64,000 nucleotides of DNA from Alphaproteobacteria bacterium (GTDB lineage: Bacteria; Pseudomonadota; Alphaproteobacteria; CALKHQ01): the NCBI GenBank assembly GCA_965227515.1, contig CBDDFZ010000001.1:1728001-1792000 (forward strand), given 5' to 3'. The notes under the pieces were generated by a model. The model worked only from the letters and a program-made list of their open reading frames with translations. It did not search any database and had not been told where the DNA came from. Shown one piece after another: positions 9,865 to 20,606 of this stretch. Numbering within the stretch: position 1 is the first letter of the stretch; every line of letters begins with the position of its first letter. The position numbers and the translations under genes are program-made.

Positions 9865-9930
9865 ACTCCTGAGGCCGTATCGGGGCGGAGCCACCGCCAA
9901 TAGATGCACGCCTGAAACCGATGCAGCCGC

Positions 9931-10572
9931 TCAATCCTGGCGGTCGTTCGCCGCGCCCAACCGATTGAATTGGGCAATGACGGCGGCCGCGTCGCTGATG
10001 TCGGCATAGCGCCGCTCGACATCGCGCAGGTTGGCGAGGTGCGGCTCCTCCTCATGGTCGCCCACGCAGTCGCGGGCAACGATGGTGCGGAAGCCGAGGC
10101 TGAAGCTGTCGTTGATCGACGCGCGCACGCAGCCCGAGGTGATGCAGCCGGTCACGATCACCGTGTCGACGCACTGCCTGACGAAATACTGGGCGACCGG
10201 CGTGTTGAAGAAGATCGACGGCGCGGTCTTGGTGATGACAATATCGGGGCCGGCGGCGGCGATGCGCGGATCGAGCTCGACCGACGCGTGGCCGACGATC
10301 ATCTCCTCGCGCAGCGGCGCAATCTTCCAGTAGGGCATGGCATCGTGGCTGCCATAGCCCATGACGCAGGCGGCCACCGGCACGCGCGCCGCACGGGCGG
10401 CCCGGATCACATCCACCGTGCGCTCGACGGCGGCATCGATCATCGGCGCGCCGCCCATGCGAAAGGCGGGGTCGGTGAAGCCGCGCTGGAAATCGACGAC
10501 CACCACGCCCGGGCGCTTGCCCCAGCCGATCTCGCCCTCACCGTATCCGCGGTCCCGATAGTCCATGGTCAT
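9931..10572 (-). CDS. Isochorismatase-family cysteine hydrolase (maleamate/N-carbamoylsarcosine amidase-like)
   Basis: VVVDFQRGF, K..PS.F, TGCITSGCVRAS..D. Confidence 0.85.
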   Translation of the reverse strand: MTMDYRDRGYGEGEIGWGKRPGVVVVDFQRGFTDPAFRMGGAPMIDAAVERTVDVIRAARAARVPVAACVMGYGSHDAMPYWKIAPLREEMIVGHASVELDPRIAAAGPDIVITKTAPSIFFNTPVAQYFVRQCVDTVIVTGCITSGCVRASINDSFSLGFRTIVARDCVGDHEEEPHLANLRDVERRYADISDAAAVIAQFNRLGAANDRQD

Positions 10573-10673
10573 TCCCTGCTTGCATCCTCGTGGTGGGCAT
10601 TGAAGCATGGTCAGCAAATTGCAAGGACCGTCAAGCCGCTACCGGGCCGGCAGCAGGGGGGACGCACCGAGCC

Positions 10674-12749
10674 ATGAGCTACCGCATTTCCGTCGACACC
10701 GGCGGCACGTTCACCGACATGGTGCTGTTGGATGCCGACGGCGGGTTTCATGTCGGCAAGGCGCTGACCACGCCCGAGCGCATCTCGCAGGGCATGTTCG
10801 CCGCACTCGATGTGGTGGCGGGCGCGGTCGGGCGCACGCCGGCCGAGGTGCTGGCCGACACCGAGATCCTGATCTACGGCACGACGCGGGCGACCAACGC
10901 CATCGTCACCCGGCAGACCGCGCGCTGCGCCTTCCTGACCACGGCGGGCTTCCGCGACGTGCTGGTGTTCAAGGAAGGCGGCAAGCACGGCCCGCACGAC
11001 TACAGCTACGACTATCCGCAGCCCTACATTCCGCGCCGCCACACGTTCGAGATCGAGGAGCGGATCGGCAGCGCCGGCGAGATCCTGCGTGCGCTTGACG
11101 AGGCCCAGGTGCGCGAGGTGCTGGAGACGCTGAAGGCGCGCAAGTTCGAGGCGGTTGCGGTGTCGCTGTTGTGGTCGATCGCCAACAGTGCCCACGAAGA
11201 GGCCATCGGCGGCATGATCGAGCAGGTGCTGCCCGGCGTGCCCTACACGTTGTCGCACCGGCTGGCGCCCATTCTGCGCGAGTATCGCCGAGCGTCCGCG
11301 ACCGCCATCGACGCGTCGCTGAAGCCGCTGATGCAGGCGCACCTGGTCGGCATGAAGGCGGACCTGCAGGACGCGGGCTTCGGTGGCGACCTGTTGATCT
11401 CGACCTCGGTCGGGGGCTGCCAGGAGGTGGAGTCGCTGGTCGAGCGGCCGATCAACACCTTGAAGTCCGGGCCGGCGATGGCGCCGGTCGCCGGGCGGGC
11501 CTACAGCGATGTGGAGAACATGGGCGGCGACGCCATCGTCTGCGACACCGGCGGCACCACGTTCGACGTCGGCCTGGTGCGCGACGGGCAGCTCGTCTAC
11601 TCGCGCGACAGCTGGCTCGGGCCGCGCTGGCTGGGCGATATCATCGGGGCGTCGACCGTGGACGTGCGCTCCATCGGTGCCGGCGGCGGCTCGATTGCCT
11701 GGATCGACCCGGGCGGCCTGCTCCGCGTCGGCCCGCAGTCGGCCGGATCGGTGCCCGGCCCGGCCTGTTATGGCGGGGGCGGCGACCAGCCGACCGTCAC
11801 CGACGCGGCCCTGGTTTTGGGCTACATCGACCCGGACTATTTCAACGGCGGGCGGATCGCGCTGGACCCGGCGGCGGCCGAGCGGGTGGTCGCCGGGCTG
11901 GCCGCCGACCTCGGCAAGGGTGTCGACGAGACTGCACACGCGATCATGGTCATCGCCAACGAACTGATGATCAAGGCGATTGGCGAGATCACCGTCAACG
12001 ACGGCCTGAACCCGCGCGAGAGCGTGATCGTCGCCGGTGGCGGGGCGGCCGGCTTCAACATCATGCCTATTGCGCGCGAACTGGGCTGCGCGACGGTCAT
12101 CCTGCCCCGGACCGCTTCCGCGCTGTCGGCCTGCGGCATGCACTACTCGTCCATCGTGTTCGAGGCGACACGCAGCCGGTTCGTCGATACCAACGCCTTC
12201 GACATCGCGGCGGTCAACACGGCGCTGGACGAGATCGAGGCCGAGCTGATGGCGTTTCGCGACAGCCTGGCGATCTCAGCGACCGCGGCGGTCACGGTCG
12301 AGTTCTTCGTCGAGGCGCGCTACCGGGCGCAGGTCTGGGAACTGGATACGGCCCTGCCCAAGCCGCGGTTCGAGGGCGACGGGGACGTTGCCGGGTTGGT
12401 CGAGGCGTTCCACCGCACCCACGACCGGGTCTATGCCGTGCGCGACGAGGCGAGCCCGGTCGAGTGCGTCAACTGGAAAGGCCGCATCTCGATCAGGCCC
12501 TTCGAGCCGCCACCCGCCCCGGCGCCGGCGGATGACCGCTACCGGCCGCAGGCCGAGACCGACCGGGCGTGCTACTTTGGCGATGGCGCGCGCACCGCGA
12601 CGCCGATTTTTCGCGGCGAGGCGCTGCGCGCCGGCGCCGATATCGCGGGCCCGGCGATCATCGAGGAACCGACCACGACCATCGTGGTCTACCCCGGCAT
12701 GACCGCGACCCTGAGTGCGGCGGGCAACTACATTCTCGATTGCCGGTAA
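10674..12749 (+). CDS. Hydantoinase/oxoprolinase subunit A
   Basis: VDTGGTFTD, GTT.ATNA, SGPA, DTGGTTFDV, SIGAGGGS, GP.SAG..PGPACY. Confidence 0.92.
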   Translation: MSYRISVDTGGTFTDMVLLDADGGFHVGKALTTPERISQGMFAALDVVAGAVGRTPAEVLADTEILIYGTTRATNAIVTRQTARCAFLTTAGFRDVLVFKEGGKHGPHDYSYDYPQPYIPRRHTFEIEERIGSAGEILRALDEAQVREVLETLKARKFEAVAVSLLWSIANSAHEEAIGGMIEQVLPGVPYTLSHRLAPILREYRRASATAIDASLKPLMQAHLVGMKADLQDAGFGGDLLISTSVGGCQEVESLVERPINTLKSGPAMAPVAGRAYSDVENMGGDAIVCDTGGTTFDVGLVRDGQLVYSRDSWLGPRWLGDIIGASTVDVRSIGAGGGSIAWIDPGGLLRVGPQSAGSVPGPACYGGGGDQPTVTDAALVLGYIDPDYFNGGRIALDPAAAERVVAGLAADLGKGVDETAHAIMVIANELMIKAIGEITVNDGLNPRESVIVAGGGAAGFNIMPIARELGCATVILPRTASALSACGMHYSSIVFEATRSRFVDTNAFDIAAVNTALDEIEAELMAFRDSLAISATAAVTVEFFVEARYRAQVWELDTALPKPRFEGDGDVAGLVEAFHRTHDRVYAVRDEASPVECVNWKGRISIRPFEPPPAPAPADDRYRPQAETDRACYFGDGARTATPIFRGEALRAGADIAGPAIIEEPTTTIVVYPGMTATLSAAGNYILDCR

Positions 12750-12761
12750 TTGGAGGCTCGG

Positions 12762-14576
12762 ATGACTGATCCGCAGACCACGTTCGACCCGGTGCTGATG
12801 TCGGTGATGGCCAACCGGCTGGACGGCATCGTGCGCGAGATGACCAACACGCTGCTGCGCTCGGCCCGCTCGGCGGTGATCTCGTCGGCGCGTGACTTCT
12901 CGTGCTGCCTGGTGACCGGCGACGACAAGCTGCTGGCCTCCGCCGAGGGGCTGCCGGTGCACATCTTCGGCTGCCACATCCAGACCGCCAACATGCGCCG
13001 CTATCACGGCGACGATATCAAGCGTGGCGATGCCTATCTGGACAACGACCCCTATGGCGGCAACACCCACCCGGCCGACCACACCTTCATGGTGCCGGTG
13101 TTCATCGAGGGCGAGCACCTGTTCACCGCGGTCGCGAAATGCCACATGGCCGATATCGGCAACTCGATCCCGTCCAGCTACTACGTGCGCGCCCGCGATG
13201 TGTACGAGGAGGGCGCGCTGATCTTCCCCGGCGTGCGCATCCAGCGCGACTTCAAGAACGTCGAGGACATCATGCGCATGTGCCGGGCGCGCATCCGGGT
13301 GCCCGACCAGTGGTATGGCGACTATCTCGCCGGCCTCGGCTCGGCGCGCATTGCCGAGCGGCGGCTGGAAGCCTTCTGCGAGAAGTATGGCCGCGAGACG
13401 GTGAAGGCGTTCATGGCCGAGTGGCTGAACTATTCGGAGCGGCGGATGATCGACAACATCCGCCGGCTGCCCAAGGCCAGGCTCGTCAACAAGGGCCGGT
13501 CGGACCCGCTGGAGGGCGTGCTGCCGGACGGGCTGGAGCTGACGGTCAAGATCGACATCGACCCGGATGACGCGCGCATCCACATCGACCTGTCGGACAA
13601 TCCGCCCTCGGTCGACGCCGGGCTGAACACCTCGCTTGGGGCCGCGACCTCGGCCGTGGTCGGCGCGGTGTTCAACGCGCTGGACAAGGATCTGCCGCGC
13701 AACGAAGGCGCGTTCCGCCGGCTGGACTTCACCTATGCCGAGGACAGCGTGGTGGGGGCGCCGAAGTTCCCGCACTCGTGCTCGGTGGCGACCACCAATG
13801 TCGCCGAGCGGCTGGTCAACATCACCCAGTCAGCCTTTGCCCAGCTCGGCGACGGGATGGGCCTGTCGGAAGGGGGCGCCGGCCTGGGCGCCGGCATGGC
13901 GGTGATCTCCGGCCACGACCCGCGGCGCAACGATCAGGCCTATGTCAATCGCCTGATGCTGTCGACCAATGGCGGGCCGGCCAGCCCCGAGGCCGACGGT
14001 TGGGTCAACTATGCGATCCCGGTCATCGCCGGCCTGATGTACCGCGACTCCGTCGAGGTCGACGAGCTGAAGCATCCGATCCGGGTGCAGTCGCTGAGCC
14101 TGGTGACCGACAGCGCCGGCGCCGGCCGCCACCGGGGCGCGCCCGCGCAGCAGATCGAGTACGGCCCGACCGACGGCAGCATGACCGCGATCATCTCCTG
14201 CGACGGCCAGCATGCGGCGCCGCGCGGTGTCGCTGGCGGCCAGGCCGGCAGCGCCGGCGAGACCTGGCTAGTCGAGGATGGCGCGCAGCCGAGCCGGCTG
14301 CCCAATGTGGCGCGGGTCACCCTGGAGCCCGGCCAGCGCATTCGCGGCCGCGACTCCGCCGGCGGTGGGTACGGCGATCCGCTCGACCGCGCGCCCGACC
14401 GGGTGCTGCTGGACGTGATGGAGGGCTGGGAAACGGCCGACAAGGCGCGCGACGTCTATGGCGTGGTGCTCAGCGGCGCCATCGAGGACGAGACGCTGGC
14501 CGTGGACCTCGCGGCCACCGCCGCACAACGCGAGGCCCTGCGCGCCAGCCGCGACGGCAGCGGCGGTCGGCTGTAG
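12762..14576 (+). CDS. Hydantoinase B/oxoprolinase subunit
   Basis: RSARS.VI...RDFSC, NDPYGGNTH, H.ADIG, GGGYGDP. Confidence 0.92.
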   Translation: MTDPQTTFDPVLMSVMANRLDGIVREMTNTLLRSARSAVISSARDFSCCLVTGDDKLLASAEGLPVHIFGCHIQTANMRRYHGDDIKRGDAYLDNDPYGGNTHPADHTFMVPVFIEGEHLFTAVAKCHMADIGNSIPSSYYVRARDVYEEGALIFPGVRIQRDFKNVEDIMRMCRARIRVPDQWYGDYLAGLGSARIAERRLEAFCEKYGRETVKAFMAEWLNYSERRMIDNIRRLPKARLVNKGRSDPLEGVLPDGLELTVKIDIDPDDARIHIDLSDNPPSVDAGLNTSLGAATSAVVGAVFNALDKDLPRNEGAFRRLDFTYAEDSVVGAPKFPHSCSVATTNVAERLVNITQSAFAQLGDGMGLSEGGAGLGAGMAVISGHDPRRNDQAYVNRLMLSTNGGPASPEADGWVNYAIPVIAGLMYRDSVEVDELKHPIRVQSLSLVTDSAGAGRHRGAPAQQIEYGPTDGSMTAIISCDGQHAAPRGVAGGQAGSAGETWLVEDGAQPSRLPNVARVTLEPGQRIRGRDSAGGGYGDPLDRAPDRVLLDVMEGWETADKARDVYGVVLSGAIEDETLAVDLAATAAQREALRASRDGSGGRL

Positions 14577-14725
14577 CCGCTGGCGCACACCACACTGAAG
14601 TGACGGTCGAGGAAGGCCTAGGCGATCTGCCGGCCCGACCGCACCAGCGGGTGCGACAGGTCGATGATCTCATCGAGCGGCGGGCGGAACAGATCGACCT
14701 GGCGGTCGTCGCGCGGCCTGCTCAT
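14577..14725 (-). pseudogene. IS5-family transposase N-terminal remnant
   Basis: Manual translation MSRPRDDRQVDLFRPPLDEIIDLSHPLVRSGRQIA*AFLDRHFSVVC matches the IS5 DLFR..L..IID..HPLV.L...IDW N-terminus, with the Trp position read as TAG; rest missing. Confidence 0.7.
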
Positions 14726-14946
14726 GGGTCGGATCCTCAACGCCGAATGCTGCAACGTGGGCTCAACGCCCTGTGAAATCAATGGGTGATATTAATGGCT
14801 TGGCAAGAGCTCACCGGCGCCTATCGAGAGCATATCGTCAAAGAGGTTTTAGTATTTATGTGCGGGCGCTGAGATGTTTTATGTGTTTTTTTGAAGATCT
14901 TTCGTGCCATAAATAAACTCTAAAAGTGTATTGCTCGTCAAGTGTG

Positions 14947-15993
14947 TCATAATTGCTCGACGATATCCGCGGCTGAGTCATACATTTGGACAACGTCGCG
15001 CAACAAATCCGACCTACTGGCCCATCGGGATGCTCTTCGGCATGTCCTGACAGCGGCTTCACGGGTAATGCCAATCTTGTCGCCGGCCAAACAATGTTCA
15101 TGACTCCACCAGGGCCCGTCTCCCTTGTGCGATAGGATCAGGCCCAGTCGAATGCCCATATGCATCGTGCCGAATATGGCTAAGTATTCTAGTGACTCCG
15201 ACGCTTTGTTGGCGCCGACCAATTGTTCCACCCAGGTGTTAAGCGCGGCGTTTTCGAAGTCGCCCAGATCCGTCACATACTCGTCTGCGATCAACCAGGC
15301 GGCATCGTCAATTCGGCTACGGCGGCCACAATGCTCCCAATCAATCCAATAGACCGTATCGTCATCGGCCACGATGGCGTTGCCTGGTCTGGCATCCCAC
15401 TTCACGAGGCCATGTCGTTTCGGCCTCAAGCGCTTGGCGATGCTTTCGATGTTGATTTGCGGTTCGGGCAATCCGAAATGGCGAGCCAGGCGCAACGGGG
15501 TCTCCGCAAATTCCTGGCGCCATGGCCTGTCCAAGCCAATTGTGGCCACGTCGGCAGTCCAACGGCACTGGTCTGCGGCTTGATAGATCGCGCGCAGGCT
15601 CTCAAGTCCGCGGTCAAGCCATGCCAAGGTTTGGATAGGTGACAGGCCGTCCAGGACCTCGGTCAATCGCCTGGTGCCCACATCCTGCTGAATGATGATA
15701 TCTCGGTCGCGTGCGAGAATTGCAGGCACGGGCGCGCCAAGGACACTGAGTTCACTCAGGACTCGGCGCTCAAGCAAGCCGCGATTGCCAGATGAGCGTC
15801 TGGTGCCAATTACGGTCGTCCCGTCAGCCAACCTCAGTCGGATTGAGTCGCGCGATTTGCCGCCCGGGAAGCTAACGTCAACGGCCTTCTGGCCCAGAAG
15901 GCCTTCACACCGCTCTATGAAGAGTTTTCGTTCCTCGCGCCGCAAAGCTGGTACGCCGTATCCTGATGGTTCCGTCAGATTGGCGGCCACCAT
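14947..15993 (-). CDS. APH/choline-kinase-like phosphotransferase
   Basis: PVPAIL, LVKWDARPGNAIV (catalytic D..N), WIDWE (Mg-binding D). Confidence 0.75.
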   Translation of the reverse strand: MVAANLTEPSGYGVPALRREERKLFIERCEGLLGQKAVDVSFPGGKSRDSIRLRLADGTTVIGTRRSSGNRGLLERRVLSELSVLGAPVPAILARDRDIIIQQDVGTRRLTEVLDGLSPIQTLAWLDRGLESLRAIYQAADQCRWTADVATIGLDRPWRQEFAETPLRLARHFGLPEPQINIESIAKRLRPKRHGLVKWDARPGNAIVADDDTVYWIDWEHCGRRSRIDDAAWLIADEYVTDLGDFENAALNTWVEQLVGANKASESLEYLAIFGTMHMGIRLGLILSHKGDGPWWSHEHCLAGDKIGITREAAVRTCRRASRWASRSDLLRDVVQMYDSAADIVEQL

Positions 15994-16014
15994 ACAGGCT
16001 GCCGGACTGTAGAC

Positions 16015-16055
16015 AAAAAGGAATGGCCGCCGGGTACACGCCCGGCGGCCATTTT
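16015..16055 (-). terminator. Intrinsic terminator after the GS-repeat RTX gene
   Basis: AATGGCCGCCGGG/CCCGGCGGCCATT stem with a T-run on the minus strand. Confidence 0.7.
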
Positions 16056-16076
16056 AGGATTCGCCGTGATTTGGCG

Positions 16077-17987
16077 TCACGCAAGCGGCCCAACTAGTGC
16101 CACCTCGTCAGTGTAGTCTTGAATGACGAACAGCAGTGCACCATCGGCCTGATGGACGTTTGTGTTGCTGCCATCGACCACTGTGTAGTCGCCACGGACC
16201 ACATCTCCATCGTCGAAGTTGTAGTCCATGATGATGTCCGTTCCGCCATTCTCGAAATTGTCGACCTGGTTGCCGATGCCCTTGTGATCGAAGTGATCGG
16301 CACCCTCGCCACCATAGAGAATGTCGTCGTCGCGGCCACCATTCAGGGTGTCGTCCCCGTCGCCACCATTCAGCGTGTCAACGCCTGTTCCGCCATTGAC
16401 CTCGTCATTGCCGGAACCGCCATTCACGATGTCATCGCCGTCATCGCCCTGCAGGAAGTCGTCGTCGGCTCCGCCATCCAGCAGGTCGTCGCCGAGCCCA
16501 CCGAGCAAGAAGTCGCCGCCATCGTCCCCAAACAGCTGATCCATTCCGTCGTCACCGGACAAGAAGTCCTCGCCGTTTCCGCCGAACAGGGTGTCGTTGC
16601 CGCCGTTGCCAAACAGCGCATCCATGCCGTCCAGCCCGCTGATAACGTCGTCACCTCCCATACCCCGGATGATGTCGGCGCCACTGGTGCCTGTCAGTTC
16701 TTCGGAATCGTCGGTGCCGTTGATTTCGTTGAAATCGTCGGAATCCGGCCCGTGCTTTCCGCCGGAGCCCGAGCCCGAGCCGCTGCCGGAACCCGACCCC
16801 GAACCGCTGCCGGAACCGTGCTTTCCGCCGGAGCCCGAACCCGAACCACTGCCGGAACCCGAACCACTGCCGGAGCCATGCTTGCCGCCGGAGCCCGAAC
16901 CCGAACCGCTGCCGGAACCCGACCCCGAACCGCTGCCGGAACCGTGCTTTCCGCCGGAGCCCGAACCCGAACCACTGCCGGAACCCGAACCACTGCCGGA
17001 GCCATGCTTGCCGCCGGAGCCCGAACCCGAACCGCTGCCGGAACCCGACCCCGAACCGCTGCCGGAACCGTGCTTTCCGCCGGAGCCCGAACCCGAACCA
17101 CTGCCGGAACCCGAACCACTGCCGGAGCCATGCTTGCCGCCGGAGCCCGAACCCGAACCACTGCCGGAACCCGAACCACTGCCGGAGCCATGCTTGCCGC
17201 CGGAGCCCGAACCCGAACCACTGCCCGAGCCGTGCTTGCCGCCGGAACCAGAGCCGGAGCCCGAACCTGATCCACTGCCGGAGCCGTGCTTGCCGCCGGA
17301 ACCAGAGCCGGAACTCTTGGCGTACCAACCGCTGGGCGCAACGCCATCGAGCAGGTAGTCGGAACTATGCTTTCCGCCGGAGCCCGAGCCGGAACCGCTG
17401 CCGGAACCCGAACCCGATCCGCTACCGGAGCCGTGCTTGCCGCCGGAACCCGAGCCGGAGCCCGAACCCGATCCACTGCCCGAGCCGTGCTTGCCGCCGG
17501 ACCCCGAGCCGGAGCCCGAACCCGATCCGCTACCGGAGCCGTGCTTGCCGCCGGACCCCGAGCCGGAGCCCGAACCCGATCCGCTACCGGAGCCGTGCTT
17601 GCCGCCGGAACCCGAGCCGGAGCCCGAACCCGATCCACTGCCCGAGCCGTGCTTGCCGCCGGACCCCGATCCGGAGCCCGAACCCGATCCACTACCGGAG
17701 CCGTGCTTGCCGCCGGAACCGCTACCGGAACCCGAACCCGATCCGCTACCGGAGCCGTGCTTGCCGCCGGAACCTGATCCGGAGCCCGAACCCGATCCAC
17801 TGCCGGAACCGTGCTTGCCGCCGGAACCCGAGCCTGAGCCCGAACCTGATCCACTGCCCGAGCCATGCTTGCCGCCGGAACCCGAGCCGGAGCCCGAACC
17901 CGATCCACTGCCCGAGCCGTGGTAGGCGCCAGAGCCATTGCCCCCACTCAGATAACCTTTGAAATAGAGCTCATCGTACAAGGACAT
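16077..17987 (-). CDS. Gly/Ser-repeat ((GS)nGGKH x20) protein with C-terminal RTX Ca-binding repeats
   Basis: Start MSLYDELYF after AGGGGG; 20 GGKH-terminated repeats, then GGxGxD nonapeptides. Confidence 0.85.
   Translation of the reverse strand: MSLYDELYFKGYLSGGNGSGAYHGSGSGSGSGSGSGSGGKHGSGSGSGSGSGSGSGGKHGSGSGSGSGSGSGSGGKHGSGSGSGSGSGSGSGGKHGSGSGSGSGSGSGSGGKHGSGSGSGSGSGSGSGGKHGSGSGSGSGSGSGSGGKHGSGSGSGSGSGSGSGGKHGSGSGSGSGSGSGSGGKHGSGSGSGSGSGSGSGSGSGGKHSSDYLLDGVAPSGWYAKSSGSGSGGKHGSGSGSGSGSGSGSGGKHGSGSGSGSGSGGKHGSGSGSGSGSGSGSGSGGKHGSGSGSGSGSGSGSGSGGKHGSGSGSGSGSGSGSGSGSGGKHGSGSGSGSGSGSGSGSGGKHGSGSGSGSGSGSGSGSGSGGKHGSGSGSGSGSGSGSGSGGKHGSGSGSGSGSGSGSGSGSGGKHGPDSDDFNEINGTDDSEELTGTSGADIIRGMGGDDVISGLDGMDALFGNGGNDTLFGGNGEDFLSGDDGMDQLFGDDGGDFLLGGLGDDLLDGGADDDFLQGDDGDDIVNGGSGNDEVNGGTGVDTLNGGDGDDTLNGGRDDDILYGGEGADHFDHKGIGNQVDNFENGGTDIIMDYNFDDGDVVRGDYTVVDGSNTNVHQADGALLFVIQDYTDEVALVGPLA
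16750..17925 (-). repeat. Coding tandem repeat: 54-nt units (block 1) and mostly 60/66-nt units forming a 126-nt higher-order repeat (block 2)
   Basis: Recurring (g/a)tgctt(g/t)ccgccgga with synonymous variation. Confidence 0.9.
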
Positions 17988-18557
17988 TGTGTTCCCCCTA
18001 GTTCGTCGGTTGCGTAGGCCTTCGCCCTCTCCCGTTTCAGTCTCGGAAGCCGGAAAGCACGACAATCGCCAAAGGTTAATCCAAGGGACGAGTTTTTGTA
18101 ATGAATTTTACATATTTTTACATTGCAATCGTTTTCAGGTTTTTCAGTGTTTCTTAGAAACCTTCTAGATCTTACGGAGACACGTTATGGTGGTTGAGTC
18201 TCTCAAGCATCCCGACAGCTTAATCTTGCTCGGTTCGAAAGACTTGGCAGCGATGCGTCCGTGCGAACGATTTAGAGTTTGAGGGCGTCTACCTTTGCAC
18301 ACATCCAGGTGAAGAGCTCGGAAATGGACCAGGTGAGCATCATACGGATCGACCAGCGGGTGGTGTCGGACCGTGGTGACGGATCAACTGCGCAACGACG
18401 TATGCGACGATCTGCTTTGAGCTGGGCCGAGGTGTATCTTTTCGAGCCGTTGTCCGCCGGGTGCGGTTGCTGTAGCGATACCTGTTCGCTTAGACTCATA
18501 CGCACACGGGCTCCGACCTCCGATCATTGGATCAGTCTGTGAAGGGATGGGGTGCGA

Positions 18558-20588
18558 ATGGCAAGTGTAATCGATGGTGTGGCAACGCTTGCCGCTGCTT
18601 ATCCTGGCTTGATCCCAACGCCTGTGGGAAACAGTTCCAGCAGCGCGGCAACGATGCCGAAACGGCGGGATGTGTTGGACGATGCGGGGCAGACACCTGA
18701 TAGCCTGTCCGACCTGCTAGCGCGCCTCGCTGAAGCACAGGCTGGAGCCTGCCGCATGTCTGACGTCTTGGGCCTGTTCCCAAGAGTATCGGCGGCAAAG
18801 CTATGGGACGACCTTCTGCGGTTCCTGCGAACGGAAGACTCAGATTCTGGCGATGACACGGGCGCAGCCGCGTTTTTCACCAAGACCGATACCGCGCGAT
18901 ATTTCAGGCTCTTTTCGACGCGCGCGCCGATGGTCTTGCCTCTGCTGCGAGCGGCGGATGGCCTGCCACCCACCATATGCGTCCCAAACCTGATGCCGGG
19001 CGACCAGACACCACAAGGTGTGCTTTCCGGGACTTGGGAACGTAGCTTAGCCGGCCCCGCTGGCATGCTGTTGCATGCGATGTTGGGCGGATGTGCGGAA
19101 GTTGCTGAATGCCTCGGGCATGGAATCGACCCCGATGCCGAACGTGCGTCGCACACCCAACGACAGCCTACAGATGCCTACGCCAACGCTTTGCAAGCAT
19201 GTGGGTATGCAGGACAGGCCGACCTCGAGCACGGACTGCCGGGAGCCGTTTGCGCTGGTGTGATTGTCGAGATACTCGAACTAGGAAGGAGTTCGTCTGA
19301 GTCCAGCTCGGAGCGAAAGGCTGCTCGAGGCAGAATGCGGCCTCTACTGAGCGATCTGCTCGACATGTGTGATCACCTCGCAATGGCGGACGGGGATGCG
19401 GCACTGGCATGCGCGGCCGACTATGCAGCCAACGGTCGAGGTGCAAGAGCTCGCAATCTCATAAGCCGCTGTGTTGTCCTCTATCCAAACGACCCTGACG
19501 TGCTGGCTCAACTGGCAGCACAGCAGCAGGAGACAGGCAGGGAGGACGAGGCGATTGAAACCTATGAGAAAATTCTTTCACTTGTCCCTGGCCATACCGT
19601 TGCACATGTCGGTCGCGGTGACCTCTATCTCAATCAACAACGGTTTGAACACGCGGCCGATGATTACGAAAAAGCTCAAGTGAATGCGGCGCCCGGGGAA
19701 GAGATTGAACAGCGCGGTAAGCTGTTAATTGAGTTGTCCAGCGCATACCGAGAGGCAAAGCAAAATGATGCAATGCCTACAGTGACTGTCAGCGACGACG
19801 AGTTTGCCACAGGGAAGTGGCATCCCGCTCGGTTGTCACTGGCACTGAATATGTTTCGACAGTATGGTGCGCTGAAGATCGCCAACGCATTCGATGTTGA
19901 CTTGCTCACCGCATGCAATCGCTACTTTGTCAAACGCTATTCATCGTATTTCGACCGTGGATCGAAGTCGGACGCCCTCAATATTGGAGACAAGAGATAT
20001 CAGATCGGAATCTCACTTGATGGAGCGTTCAACAACCCGGGCGTATATGCCAACAAGTTCGTATTGTCCCTGATGCAGGCCCTGTTGGGCGAGGATTTCG
20101 TCCTCGGGTGCACCGTTTGCGCCACCTCGATGCCCGGTGCAAAGGATCAGCACCTGCACAAGGATCATAAGTCATTGTTTTCCATGGATGCCGCGGGGGA
20201 GGCGGTAACACTGCCTCCATTCGCGGTGACAACAATGGTTCCGCTCGTGTCGCTCGACCATCGGATTGGCACCACTAGCGTCCGGAAGGGCAGTCATGTG
20301 CTTGGCAGCCGTGCGTCAAGAGATCTACCTTCACAAGAACCTTTGGTCCCGCTTGGGTCGTGCTTCCTGATGGATTTCCGGTTGTCGCATCAGGGTCTGG
20401 CCAACCAGACCAATACAGTGCGACCGATTATCAATATGGTGTACCAACGGCCATGGTTCTTCGATTCCAAGAACTTCACCAAGCACCCACCGCTCCACGT
20501 ACCCGAGGGCGAATTCAAGAAGGTGCCGTCGGAACACCGCCGGCTGCTGGAGTGGGGGACTCGGCCCGCCCCGCAGATTGCGATCTAG
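18558..20588 (+). CDS. TPR-repeat protein with C-terminal phytanoyl-CoA dioxygenase (Fe/2OG) domain
   Basis: TPR helices (EAIETYEKILSL.P), QHLHKDH (HxD), distal H in RLSHQGLAN, RP..NMVY. Confidence 0.8.
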   Translation: MASVIDGVATLAAAYPGLIPTPVGNSSSSAATMPKRRDVLDDAGQTPDSLSDLLARLAEAQAGACRMSDVLGLFPRVSAAKLWDDLLRFLRTEDSDSGDDTGAAAFFTKTDTARYFRLFSTRAPMVLPLLRAADGLPPTICVPNLMPGDQTPQGVLSGTWERSLAGPAGMLLHAMLGGCAEVAECLGHGIDPDAERASHTQRQPTDAYANALQACGYAGQADLEHGLPGAVCAGVIVEILELGRSSSESSSERKAARGRMRPLLSDLLDMCDHLAMADGDAALACAADYAANGRGARARNLISRCVVLYPNDPDVLAQLAAQQQETGREDEAIETYEKILSLVPGHTVAHVGRGDLYLNQQRFEHAADDYEKAQVNAAPGEEIEQRGKLLIELSSAYREAKQNDAMPTVTVSDDEFATGKWHPARLSLALNMFRQYGALKIANAFDVDLLTACNRYFVKRYSSYFDRGSKSDALNIGDKRYQIGISLDGAFNNPGVYANKFVLSLMQALLGEDFVLGCTVCATSMPGAKDQHLHKDHKSLFSMDAAGEAVTLPPFAVTTMVPLVSLDHRIGTTSVRKGSHVLGSRASRDLPSQEPLVPLGSCFLMDFRLSHQGLANQTNTVRPIINMVYQRPWFFDSKNFTKHPPLHVPEGEFKKVPSEHRRLLEWGTRPAPQIAI

Positions 20589-20606
20589 CGGGCTGCCGAG
20601 GCCGCC

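Noticed and set aside
16750-17925. Possible CRISPR array or non-coding satellite DNA
   Set aside because: Unit lengths are multiples of 3 with synonymous variation, no unique spacers and no cas genes; it is coding
16591-17925. Pro/Glu-rich (PEPEP) ORFs on the plus strand
   Set aside because: Antisense shadow of the GS repeat; the minus frame continues into RTX repeats and has an RBS
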